DNA of 41,665 nt, from assembly GCF_001194135.2 (NCBI RefSeq), contig NC_068981.1, positions 107,573,962 to 107,615,626 on the forward strand. The letters run 5' to 3'. Source of the DNA: Octopus bimaculoides (Eukaryota). Below, one piece after another: positions 23,640-35,933 of the stretch; positions within the stretch are counted from its first letter, which is position 1; each line of letters opens with the position of its first letter. A program made the position numbers and the translations under genes. Below the pieces are notes generated by a model. That model saw only the letters and a list, made by a program, of their open reading frames with translations, had not been told where the DNA came from and did no database searches.

Positions 23640-23827
23640 NNNNNNNNNNNNNNNNNNNNNNNNNNNNNNNNNNNNNNNNNNNNNNNNNNNNNNNNNNNNN
23701 NNNNNNNNNNNNNNNNNNNNNNNNNNNNNNNNNNNNNNNNNNNNNNNNNNNNNNNNNNNNNNNNNNNNNNNNNNNNNNNNNNNNNNNNNNNNNNNNNNNN
23801 NNNNNNNNNNNNNNNNNNNNNNNNNNN
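23640..23827. other. Assembly gap (188 N)
   Basis: Run of N. Confidence 0.99.
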
Positions 23828-24099
23828 TATATATATATATATATATATATATATGAATACACACACACATATATTTAGTAACAGTTGACTCCGATGCACA
23901 TTACTTTAAGATTCATGGGTACAGTAGATGGCCATCTTGTCAGATGTTTGTAAATAGCAAGTTTGTACAAATGTGGTCCACCCACTTAAAATAAAGTTAG
24001 AAGCCTGAGTATTAATATGTTTAATCCATCATGTGACTGTGAGTCCAACCAAAAGATATTTTGATGGACTTAGAGTCATGGGTTAAACATATGTGGGAT

Positions 24100-25560
24100 G
24101 GGCACAATGTGGAATTTTTACAGCATTTTTGATTGAGAAAAAATATATTTTCTACAAATGTTCTCTACCTTGCAAAAGCTATTTCTGCTAAGCAAATGAA
24201 CTTCTCTAAATGCTTTAAAAACGCAATAACATGTTCAGAATGCCATTTCAGAATATTATCACTGTTCTTTTTGAGCATACAAAAGACAAATTTAGCTGGG
24301 GCAAAACAAGTAAGCCAAGATAAGGTAAAGTTGCCTCTTCAGTTCTTCAGACACATCAATATTCATCCTTAGACATCAGAAATGCAACAAAAATTTTAAA
24401 TATTTAGATAAAATAAAAAAGGATCTTGGAAAAATGGCACATGATATGAAATTAATGAATCTTGACTAAATCAAAAACACTCAGTGTAAGTTATTCTCTA
24501 TACCTTCTTCACAATCTGCTGGAGTGGCTCTCTTCTAGATATGTTTATGCACCATCCAGTTAATGAGAAGAAATTATTGAAATTAGTCAATACTTATTTT
24601 ACCCCATTTTAGACATGTTTTGAAAATGATCAAATTAAACATTAGTGTGGGAAAAAATTAACTTGGAATCCAGTAGAAAAAAAAAGTTGATTGTTAAACA
24701 CCAAAAATTCATGAGATATTTTATTAGCAGTCTCAATTACAATCAGGTCAAAGTTGAGGAAACATTTCTTGAGGAAAAAAGTACCCATCACCTGACTATG
24801 TTTCTCGACTCCACCTGACCAATTCTTATGCCCAAAGATAAAGCAACAGTACAAAATGATGAAACAATACTTGCAATGGAATAATTTTAAACAGGTTGGG
24901 AGAAAATAAAGAGAAATCAGAAATTACTCATTTTATGCCAGTTACTAATTTTTCCCCTCCCCCATGAATTAAAGGTATGTATGTTATTCATTAAATAGGG
25001 TATTGATTTGGTGAGGTATGAGTTTGATGAAATGTAAGAGCAATCATCTCTCTACACCACAAGATGCATGGAATAAATGCCCTAAAATTTTCAAAGTGGT
25101 TCAGCAACCCAAATCAGATTAATAATTGAAACCACTCTACTTTGCCCATGCCACAAAAGCCCTTATTCCTTTTCCTGTACACGCATCTTCTTTTTTAAAA
25201 TGAAATCTCTTGCTATACCTGTGCACCATAAACATTTTGAAGGCACCATAAAAAAGGACAAAGCAAGCAGAATTAGGTTTAAGGTTAATGTTTCATGTGG
25301 ACTCAGTAATGGTAATGCATTTTCAGCAATTAAGCTAACATTTGCTTCATCACAGGATATGTTTAAAGTCAAATCAAACCTATCCATTTTGTATTTTTGT
25401 TTGTCAGGGAACTTGTTCAGTATATCCCTCCTCACTCAAGTTATGTTGAGTGATTTACTGATTGCTAGTACAACTGCCATTTTTTCCTTTTCAATGCCTG
25501 CTGAAATATTTCAATATACCAGAGAGATTTGGTGGTTCTTTAATGTTTATTTTCAAAGTT
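24100..25560 (-). pseudogene. Possible highly decayed L1/Tx1-type LINE ORF2 3' portion
   Basis: Weak protein-like reading GIEKEKMAVVLAISKSLNIT*V...LPLLSPHETLTLNLILLA...DFILKKKMRV, and a later DCEEGIENNLH cysteine/histidine trace. Motif match is by eye only. Confidence 0.3.
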
Positions 25561-25800
25561 ATTAGTTTCATTCAAGAATTTTAGTTATTCTTTATTGTAG
25601 ATTCCCATATCCAATAAAATGTTGTATTCTCCAAAAAGAAAATGAACTATAAATTGTCTTGATAAATACAGAAGATTGTATAATGACATGGCATCTGCAA
25701 CAGAATGCAAACCCAATGTTTATAGATTTTAAAGCCAGCACTTTATCCCTTCAGTTATATTATTAAAGAATGGAAATAGAGGGAGGAACAAATAAAAAAG

Positions 25801-26219
25801 TGTAGTGGCTCAAGCAGTCAGCACCATATTGGATGAGATCTCACCGGCAGCCATTGCCATCTCCAAGACTGGCGTGAGATCTCACCTGCATCCATTTTGC
25901 CATGTGCAAGATCACAACTAGGCTTGTGATGGCAAACTGGATATAAGGGCCCAACAAACAGATTCTCTCTCTTTTTTCACTGCAAGCACTTGCTGAACAT
26001 ACATTCACTGGCTGGGTCTCCAGGCTAGTCCTGTCTGCATGTTGTATCTCCAGAGGTAATGGGCCCGCGTTAATAGAGATACAACGAAATGTACACAGCT
26101 TGAGATGGTCTACTGAAAGCAACACACAACATTTATTCGGTGTAACTATGTAAATAAAACTAGTTGTGAATTTCATTTCCACTTGAGACTTCTTTCCCCG
26201 CCTGCTGGGGCCTGAAACA
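25801..26219 (+). mobile_element. Possible solo LTR
   Basis: Starts TGTAG and ends AACA, with TATAA at 25942, AATAAA at 26153 and locally higher GC. No TSD found. Confidence 0.3.
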
Positions 26220-28429
26220 ACACAACAAACAATTATAATGGGAGAAGGCGATATTCATCCGATATCGTGAACCTTGCCTCCCATTATAAAAGCATATGTT
26301 AAACACCTGTACATTTATAAAGACACAATTGTATTTTCTGGGAAAGTCTTAAACACAAAAACATAGTTTTAAAATAACATTCAGAGCTATTTTTAAATCT
26401 CTTATTATAAGGATGATATATTCAATAAATATATTTTGTTGTGGTATTTATTTTTAGAATTCATTTATTATTTGAATTTATTATGAAACTTTTAGCATAA
26501 ATAGAGGTAGGTTAGGCAGGACATGGGATATAATTAAGATAGGTTATGCTATCTGAAAATAAACATTGAGTTGAGATAGGTTGTAAGCAACTGTTGTGCT
26601 AGTCCATCATGAACATAGAAAGTATATGATTGTGTGGGTGTGTGAGAGATAAAAACTATATGAATTTTGTTTTGCTTATTTTTTTCCTTTACAATAATTG
26701 TTTCTTCATTTTGATCTCAAGTCAATGGGAAAATATGTTTAGTTTGAATAATAAAGGAAATTGTTGAATACAATAGAATTTCATAATTTATAGATCTCTC
26801 AGAGAAACATCTCTAGCTTCTGTTCAATGCTTAAGATATGAGTAAATAACTGTAGAAAAAAATAAATATTATGTTTTATTAGTCATTTCCTTCATATTAT
26901 ATAAATATTTGTAATTCAATCACAACTATAGCTTTAACTGTATGTGGATAAAATAACAAAGCAACAACCAGCCAACCCTACTCCCGCTCCACCTAGCTAA
27001 CCAAAGTGATATTTGCTGCCTGGAGCAAGTCTCTAATTTTGCTAGTTTAAAGCTATTTCCAAGTCAGCTATTTAGCCTAAGGTGTGTACCATTTGTCACT
27101 TCTAGTAGTTGGGGCAGACAGGTAGTATTAAACATACTCTGACATAGCTAACTGATTGTTTCCATGGACAAGTGGGCTTCATTAGATTGTGTGTCACCTG
27201 CTTCAACAACAACAATCACATGCTTCATTTAAAGAGCAACTGCATAAGTTGACAAACATTTTTGTAAAATCATCAAATACATTTATACTTTAACAAACAG
27301 TCCTCTTTAACTTACATAGGTACTTTTATAAATAACACTGAATAAGGGAGAAATATACTGGTAAATAAAATGTTTATTAGAATGTGTAAAAAGGGAAATT
27401 TATGTTTGGCAGTCTTTAATGGTGGTTTGTGTTAGTAAGAGTATTTTTTATTTTTGCTCTTGTTAAAAAAGAGTTTCTCACAAAATTATTTTTGGTTCTT
27501 TTAGTCAGATGCAATATAAACTGACAGTTAAGATATATTGATTTTTCTTTTTTGGTCATCCATGTAGCTTAACTACTTGCATACTAGTTAAATACACCTC
27601 TTTACTGTGGACTATAAGGCTGTTATTAGAAAAGTGAGACCACTATAGAATATATTCAGTTATTGTCAAACTTTTCAGAGACTAGAATTCACAACTTATT
27701 TTTGTGGAACAGGGTCATTTTCATAGACATTAGTTTTCTTACCAATATTTGTTAAATTACCAAAATTATGTTATCATTCAATTCTGTAACAAAATATGAT
27801 ACAATGACATTCCATTTCTGTATAATGGTTATTAGATTTAACAGATCAAAACTCATTACTCAAGAAGAATTAAAGTACCAGGATTTACTACCAGTTTGGA
27901 GAGTTGGTAGGGTGTAACATGACTACATAAAAGCCAGCATAGCGAAGATCAATTTTATGCTTCCCTGTTGAAAGGATGTGATGTTATTCCTGAGAACAGT
28001 CTGGTATTGGCATAATTATGATTCTTTTCGTTGAAGCTCAAGCAGTCATCTAAAGAAAGAATGTTGGGATAATTGTAGGTGGAGTTATTCGTAAATGGAT
28101 TAAGGCTCTCAATATTTTGCCATGCTCTGGCAGATACCAAATTCTATTTAGGCCAACAAAAGTGTATCCTCTCTAATCTATTTTAGAAGACAAAGCTTTA
28201 AGGCAAATATTTCTGATAATGCAGTAAATTCCTCAAATGAACGTTTCAATGCCTAAAGGTTAGAGCTGTAATGGAATTAATGATTGTTACCAAACATATT
28301 CAAATGTTTCTCTTTTCTCCACCAAGGAATTTCCAAAGTCCTAAACAACATAATATCAATGGCTGAATTGAATGCAACTAGAACACAGAAAATTAAATGC
28401 TCTGCTTATTCTGTAAACATATACCTCAA

Positions 28430-28900
28430 TATAATAATAATAATAATAACAATAATAATAATAATAATAATAATAATATTTAACTTTGAAATAAGACCAT
28501 AAATTTGTAGGGAAAGGAACCAGATGACTGAATCAAATTTTTGATGTAAAGGTATAAATTAACCCTAAATAGATGAATGGAGGATGATGTTGACTACAGC
28601 AGGATTTAAACTAATAACATGAAGGGATGAAACTAAATAATGCGTTGCTTTGCCCTTCGTCAATAATAATAATAATAACAAAAATAATAATGGTTTCTGA
28701 TTAGACACAAGGCCAGTCATTTTTAAGGAAGTGGGTTAGTTGATACCATTGTGTCCCGTTCTTAGATTGGTACTTCATTTCATCAACCCTGAAAAGATGA
28801 AAAGCAAAGCTGACCTCAGCTGGACTTGAACTCAGAATGTAAAGAGTCTGAAGAGATACTGCGAAGTATTTTTCTCAGTGCTCTAAACTGGCACTCTGTC
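28430..28900 (-). mobile_element. (AAT)n tracts with two tandem SINE family B copies (one very degenerate)
   Basis: 28680-28900 is the reverse complement of family B (CTTGAACTCAGAATGTAAAG, ATGAAAAGCAAAGCTGAC). 28480-28640 is a more decayed copy. Confidence 0.6.
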
Positions 28901-29080
28901 AGTTATGATGATGCATTTCCAGTTGATTCAATTGATGGAACGGCCTGCTTATGTAATTAATTTGTAAGTGGCCTAGCACTACACAGACACATGTACTCTT
29001 AACGTAGTTCTGAGCGAGATTCAGCATGACACTGAATATGATGAGGCAGGCTCTTTGAAATACAAGTACAAAGTTTTCTA
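28900..29080 (-). mobile_element. Fragment of a third SINE-like dispersed repeat
   Basis: CCAGTTGATTCAATTGATGGAACGGCCTGC...CTTAACGTAGTTCT...CTTTGAAATACAAGTAC resembles a common cephalopod repeat. Recalled from memory; no second copy in this window. Confidence 0.4.
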
Positions 29081-29284
29081 TGAAGTGTTTCTCAAACATT
29101 AATCAAATTGGCATGCCTATTTATTTTAATACCATACTCATGGAAAGATTTGAACTCTGAGCAAAAAGTTATGCTGTACTGTAACTGTATATACTATCCC
29201 ATAATGCTTAGTTAAAACCATCTTATATCCACCCACTCCTAACTATCATAACAAAATGCTGGTGCTACCATGCTTGATGTTGTA

Positions 29285-29480
29285 AGGGAAGATCATCATC
29301 ATCATCATCATTTAACATCTAGTTTCATACCAGCATGGACTGAATGGTTTGATAGGTCCAAGGAATGCATCATGCTCTGTAGTCTACTTTGGCACAGTTT
29401 CTCCAACTGGGTTCCTTCCAGATGCCAACCACTTTACAGTGGGTATTGGGTACTTTTTCCATGCCACCAGCACTAGTGAA
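29285..29480 (-). mobile_element. RTE-type 3' tail with (CAT)n
   Basis: (CAT)n-TTTAAC..CCAGCATGG..TGGTTTGA..GATGCC..CCACTTTACAG; homologous to 39200-39400. Confidence 0.65.
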
Positions 29481-30574
29481 GTCAACATGCAGCTTACAAG
29501 ACTACAAACTCCAAGGGAGGTGGCTTCATGCTTAGAGATAAAGAGATTAAAGTATGAGAGAAAAGGCCAGAGCAGCCCAAGATTTTTCTGCTGTAGAAGG
29601 GTCACATTTTAGAAGAGAAAATCTTTTAATTAATTACAATTAAATATGAGGACATGTTTCTGTCTAATTAGACTTCATTAGAGAAACAAATTAAATGTTA
29701 CTATTGATCTTAAATGACTATAGAATATATAGATTTTTTGAGAATGAAGACTGAGTGCATTATAATGTAAAATAATAACTTAGGAACATATCCCAATCTA
29801 TTAACAATCTTTCAACTTCTTTCCCTGCAATCACTATTACACAAAATATTAAACATGTCCTTAAAAAAAAGAAAACAGTGAAAATGGTCATAGACAGTAA
29901 AGCTTATGTAGTGTACAACAATATATAAAGAATCTAATTAAAGCAAGGATCCATCTTCTCACCTGTTCATTTTAGTTTACAATTATGTGGCTTGTTTTAC
30001 CTTATGAACATATACACAGACAACAATACATTTACCTTGGCCCACCATAGCCTAAAAATTCTTGCACAATAACTTCAAATCTATATCAACCACCTAGAAA
30101 TTTGGCTCTACATAAGTAAACTAAAAATAGCAGTGGCCTATTTCACTTGCAACATGAAAGCACAACCAAGCAATACATTTAAGAATGTAGACATACCACA
30201 AATATGGAAGACAGGCATTAAAAAAAATCAATCTATAACAGATCTAAAATATTCATGAAACATTGAAAACATGAAAAAAAAATGTTTTTAAAGGGTACAC
30301 ACAAGTAACACAAAGACATGAGGTAGACTCAGTGTAGTTGCTTGATCATCAAGAAATAGCAGCCAAATCTCCCATGAATCATACTCTACTCAAAATTAAG
30401 GCCATTTGGATATGTGGAGTTTCCACATCAAGTTTGACCAATATAAACTTTGTCATTACATATTCAATCATCCTCATTACCCCAAGTGTTCCATCCATCT
30501 TATTCAGTCTAAACAAACACAAACTTGCAGCATCACCAATAAATTCATTAGCTTTGTTACTATTCTTTTATTCT

Positions 30575-30807
30575 TTTCTTTCACTTGCTTCAATCATATG
30601 ACTGCAGCCATGCTGGAGTACCACCTTAAAGGGTTTTAGTTTAAGAAATTAACCCCAGGACTTATTCTTTGTAAGCCTAGTACTTAGTCTTTTGATTTCT
30701 TTTGCCAAACTACTAAGTTACAGGGTTGTAAACACACCCACATCGGTTGTCAAGCGATGGTGGGGTGACAAACACAGACACAAAGACACACACACAAATA
30801 TATACAA

Positions 30808-30838
<31 letters not shown>

Positions 30839-30992
30839 GCTTCTTTCAGTTTCTATCTACCAAATTTACTTACAAGGTTTAGTCGGCCCGAGGCTATAGT
30901 AAAAGACATTTGCCCAAATTGCTATGCAGTGGGACTGAACCTGAAATCATGTAGTTGGGAAGCAAGCTTCTTACCACACAGTCACACCTGTG
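30575..30992 (-). mobile_element. SINE family A, full length
   Basis: Same head, (TA)n spacer and tail organisation as 1545-1945. Confidence 0.85.
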
Positions 30993-31089
30993 CCTATGCT
31001 GAAAAGCAGCAAATATCTTTCTCCAATGAAGTCCACCTTAGTCTCCTCCAGGAACAGAAAGGACAGCTGAAGAAATATAACCTGCTTAA

Positions 31090-31307
31090 CCCTCAAGCAT
31101 TCAGATTACTCTGTTAAATGCATTGCTTATTTATTCACATTGTTTTAGTTAATCATGCATTATCTTGTAGTTTTGAGATTCCAGTGATTGACCATTTATT
31201 TTTAGAATGACATTGTAGGGTAGGTGTGAGAGGCTGGACATAGCCAGCTTGAACATAAAATTGGTAGAATATTTTGGTCTGGTATGGCTAGTTTAAATGC
31301 TAAAGGG
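31090..31307. mobile_element. piggyBac-type MITE
   Basis: TTAA flanks (31086-31089 and 31308-31311); termini CCCTCAAGCATT and AATGCTAAAGGG; internal homology to 35730-35933. Confidence 0.75.
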
Positions 31308-31654
31308 TTAAACTATCACACTTCATCTCATACAACAAACTACTGCATGCTGGAGTGCACAAATAGAGAAAGGTATAGTATATATTTCAGTTTCATTACA
31401 TAAGTATCCTGTGGATATACTATTCTACTGTGCAGCAGAAAGAAATGATTTGTAGTTTGTACCCAGTCATTTGACTGACTGACCTATGTACAAAAATCTG
31501 TTTAAAAGAGCTGACTGGGGTTAGACAGCAACAACTTGTATAAAGTTATATGAACTAAGTCAATGATAAGTAAATGTTTTGAAAATGGTTCCAGGATGTG
31601 CATGTGATAAGAAATGGAGTGATTGACACTGATTTGACTTTCTGTCATTCTATA

Positions 31655-31830
31655 ACATCATCATCATTTAATGTCCGTTGTCCATGCTGGCATGGGCTGG
31701 ATGGTTTGACCAGAGCTGGCAAGCTGGGGAGCTGCTTCAGACTCCAGTGTGATTTGGCGTGGTTTCTACAGCTGAGTGTGCTGGGTGTTTTTATGTGGCA
31801 CTGCCATGAGTGTTTTCTACGTGGCACTAA
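31655..31830 (-). mobile_element. RTE-type 3' tail with (CAT)n
   Basis: TTTAATGTCCGTTGTCCATGCTGGCATGGG..GGATGGTTTGAC, as at 39211. Confidence 0.75.
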
Positions 31831-32034
31831 TGCAGGACCGTTGCAGGTCAATCTTCACCACTAGGGTGTCTTAACATTTCTGCTGAGGAGTATGGAGTGC
31901 ATCCATTAAAGCATACAAGCTAATTATTGTATTAGATTATATTATTCCATAACATTTAAAAAAATTTCCTTGAACTTGCTGTAAATGTCAATAGAAGCAA
32001 TAATATCAGCTTATTTATTCTACAACTGACATTC

Positions 32035-32235
32035 ATCATTTGTCACCGTCATCATTTTATGTCTGGTTTCCAGGCTGGTATGGGTTAGATGGGTAATTTA
32101 TGTTCTAGACAGATCAAGGGACCACATCTTGGTTGTAAGTTTCATTTTTGGTCTAGTTTCTAAGATGGGATGTCCATCCTAACACAACCGTTTTACAGAA
32201 AATATTGAGTGTATTTTTTCAGGACACCAACACTA
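32035..32235 (-). mobile_element. Degenerate RTE-type 3' tail
   Basis: CAT-rich lead, then TTTTATGTCTGGTTTCCAGGCTGGTATGGGTTAGATGG. Confidence 0.55.
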
Positions 32236-33188
32236 GGTAGAATAAGATTGAGAGGAACATTGTTTTGTTCTTCAAGCAAAAATGAATTTGATTTAATATT
32301 ATGAACATTTGCCATGAAATTCTCAGCTGGTGCAGTCGTAATGTTGGCCTGTCATCTAAAGAGTCAATCATTTTATATTCTATTACACTGGTCAACACGA
32401 TTTTTGATGCCAAGAAACAAAACACGTTTTCTAGCTAATTTGATAGTGCTGATTCCGAAAATGACCTTAGTTTTTCATGGTTAGCTATCATTTTTGCTGT
32501 ACTGAAATTGTTCATTTTGGAAAAAAAAAAATCAAATTACGACCTTGGCTGATCACAAAATTTAGTTAAAAAAGGTAGTAGAAACCCATGAATTTTCAGG
32601 TAGACTGAGCAATTTATGTCAGCCACCTGAAATAAACTATTTTTGTAAGAAAAAAGTGTTTTGGAGTCAAAACTCTTAAAATAGAAGTACCGAATTTTTC
32701 CAATTTATTGCCAAAATTCAAATTAACTGATAAACTTTATCAGTAATACACTTTAGTAAACCTGATAATTAAGGTGACACCAAAAAAATGAAACTCTAAA
32801 ATCTTCTGTTTGATATTCATAAATTTATTCCATCTCTTTTATTCCTTTGATACGGAAGGAAACCAAGCACATTAACAGCTTTTGTTTTCATGGTTGAAAA
32901 AGAAACTCCAACTAACAATATCCCAATTGAATGCACCTATTCCATTGTACATGATGAACATCATGAAAATGGTTTCACCATAACATCTGCCCTCCAAGTG
33001 GGATTATGAAGATACAATGTAGAATCAGCATAATGACTCTTTCTGTCTTTTGTTATTGACAGTTTTGTGATTCTTTCCGTAGGACATTAGAAAAGAACAA
33101 ATTACCTAAATGTGAACACGTAAAGTGTAATGTAAATGCTCAACCAACTCATGTTCTTTTTTAATCATAGAGATAGATATCAATTGAC

Positions 33189-35113
33189 ATGGCTTCAACG
33201 AGGGGATGCAAAAATGATCCCAACTTATTTTGCTATACATGCAGTGAGTTCACACCAAAAGCCAACAAGAAATCGATATCTGACTTTCACAAGAAAGCCT
33301 ATTGTGCTTACTTTCACATCGAGCTTGGTGATCAGGACAAATCATGGGTCCTTCACATTGTTTGGAACACATGAGACAGTAGACTTCAAGTACCCGAAAA
33401 TCGCTGAGATTCACTATTCCTATGATCTGGCATGAGCCAAAGAACCACTCTGATAAATGTTACTTCTGCTCAGTCAGTGTTGTGGGACTGAACCAAAAGA
33501 AATGCAGATCTATCGACTATCCCAGTCTTCATTCCACTATACGACCAGTGCTGCATTCAGATGATTTGCCAATCCCAGTTTTTCATGAAAATTTATTGAA
33601 AGTGATGAGTCTGATACTGATGTAAATGAGAGACACAGCAAAAACGATACTGACTATGTTCCTGAAACTGTGCCAGAGCTGTTTAACCAAAATGAGCTGA
33701 ATGATTTGGTTCAAGACTTAAATCTAAGTAAAGAATCAATAGAACTTTTGGCCTTTAGGCTCAACGAAAAACACCTGTTAGCAAAAGGCACAAAGGTAAC
33801 ATTCCATCGAAATAGGGATGCCAAATTTGTACTATTCTTTAATGAGAACACGGATCTTGTTCATTGCAATGACATTGAGAGTGTTCTTCTTTGACTAGGT
33901 GTCCACAAATACGATCCTGATGAATGAAGATTGTTCATTGATAGTTCAAAATGTAGTTTGAAATGTGTTTTGCTCCATAATACCAACATGCATGCGCCAA
34001 TACTTATATGTCATTCAGCAACACTGAAAGAAAAACATAATGCCATCAAACAGGTTATGGAACAGATTGACTACACCAAACATAAATGGGTGTTATAAGT
34101 CGATTTGAAAATGGTAAATTTCCTGCTTGGTCAACAGTGACGTTGAGAGCGTTCTTCTTTGACTAGGTGTCCACAAATACGATCCTGATGAATGGAGATT
34201 GTTCAGTGATAGTTCAAAATGTAGTTTGAAATGTGTTTTGCTCCATAATACCAACAAGTATGCGCCAATACCTATAGGTCATTCAGCAACACTGAAAGAA
34301 AAACATGATGCCATTAAACAGGTTATGGAACAGATTGACTACACCAAACATAAATGGGTGTTATGAGTCGATTTGAAAATGGTAAATTTCCTGCTTGGTC
34401 AACAAAGTGGCTACATGAAATTCTCACCTTTTTTGAGTATGTGGGACAGTAGAACAAAAGAAAAGCACTGGAAAAGGAAAGATTGGCCACTCTAAGAGTT
34501 GAAGGTCAGTGAAAAGAACGTTATTAGTGCAGGGCTAATTCTAAAAGAAAAAATCATCTTCCCTCCCTTGCATATCAAATTGGGATTAATGAAATGGTAT
34601 GTAAAATCACTTGATAAAGAAAGTAAATGTTTTGAGTATATAGGTAAATCGTTTCCAGGACTTAGCACTGAAAAATTCAAAGCAGGAGTGTTTGATGGTC
34701 CTGATATCAGGAATCTCATTAAGGATGATGAATTTGTTAATTCAATGAATGACTTGGAATTACGCGCTTGGACATCATTTGTTGATGCGGTGAAAAACTT
34801 CTTAGGCAATTGCTGGGCCAAAAACTACAAGGAGTTAATGGAAAAGCTGTTGAAAAGTCTACAGAACATAGGTGCTAATATGAGTATTAAGGTTCATTTT
34901 TTTACATAGCCATCTAGATAAATTTCTGGATAATTGCAGTGATGTGAGTGATGAGCAAGGAGAATGATTCCATCAGGATATCAAAACATTGGAAAAGTAC
35001 TACCAGGGATGGTGAGACAAACGAATGATGGCTGACTACTGCTGGAGTATTAAAAGGGACTTAAATAACATTGAACATGACAGACAATCAAGAAAGAGAA
35101 CATTTTTACCATA
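33189..35113 (+). pseudogene. Chapaev3-type DDE transposase, disrupted
   Basis: N-terminal CKNDPNLFCYTC/GDQDKSW/CYFC zinc finger; LFIDSS, VDLKMVNFLLG, PPLHIKLGLMK, FDGPDIR, KVHF-HSH, SDEQGE*FHQDI, MADYCW. Stops and frameshifts present. Confidence 0.88.
33870..34405 (+). repeat. 268-bp tandem duplication inside the transposase
   Basis: Units 33870-34137 and 34138-34405, with roughly 13 differences by manual count. Confidence 0.95.
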
Positions 35114-35729
35114 GTTCTTATGTTCACGAAGGTTTTATTTCTGCTGTTAGTTTATTTAATGATTTGATGAAAATACTTGTTGGTCTTGGTATATTCAATC
35201 CTGTTATTTTTAAAGATTTAGGGTCTGATTGTTATTGCAAAAATAGTATTTCTCAATAAGCAGACCAATATTGGTTTAAATATGAATTGAGAGATTTCTA
35301 CGATTTTACTTTGAGAAATATTGCCATCGATCAATATCAAATATACAGAAAACAAATGGAAAAAATGCTTTTTTTTTCCAAAACTGAGGGATCTCTGCAC
35401 AGCAAAAACGTTAGCTAACCAAGAAAAAGTAAGGTCATTTTCAGATTCAGCGCCCTCAAATTAGCTAAAAAAAGATGTTTGGTGTCTCAATACCGTTTCA
35501 AAAATTTTTTTTTGTTGACTAATGTTATTGGTGTGTTGGCAAAGATATTTACCTGTCAATGTTACTATAAATTATGTAACATAAAAAGACATAGGGATGT
35601 GACTAATTTACTAGAGTTTCCTTATATTAGTGCTGAATTTAAAATATCTCTTGCATAACTTAGAATGCCCAGAGGGAGAAGTGTTTTTACAACTGTTTAA
35701 TATACAAAAACTAGGATAAGCTCCGTCTC

Positions 35730-35933
35730 AGTATTCTTTCAAATGTAATACTTATTTATTCACATTGTTTTGAATTCATCATGTATTGTCTTGTAGCTTT
35801 TAGATTTTGATGATGTGATTGATTATTTTCAGAATGAGATTGTTGGGTAGGTGTGAGAGGCCTGATTTGGCTGGTTTTAATGTAAAACTGGTAGAATATT
35901 TAGCTGGTCATGACTGGCTTAAATGCTAAAGGG
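35730..35933. mobile_element. piggyBac-type MITE, left end decayed
   Basis: Ends AAATGCTAAAGGG|TTAA; homologous to 31090-31307. Confidence 0.7.

Larger units (their letters stand above)
32386..35524 (+). mobile_element. Chapaev3-like DNA transposon (CMC superfamily), full length
   Basis: TIR CACTGGTCAACA (32386-32397) versus 35513-35524, with 2 mismatches. TTA on both sides, a TWA-type TSD. Subterminal inverted motif GCTGATTCCGAAAATGACCTT at 32448-32468 and 35431-35451. Confidence 0.85.

Noticed and set aside
21799-23899. ORFs containing X runs
   Set aside because: They are open only because they cross N-gaps.
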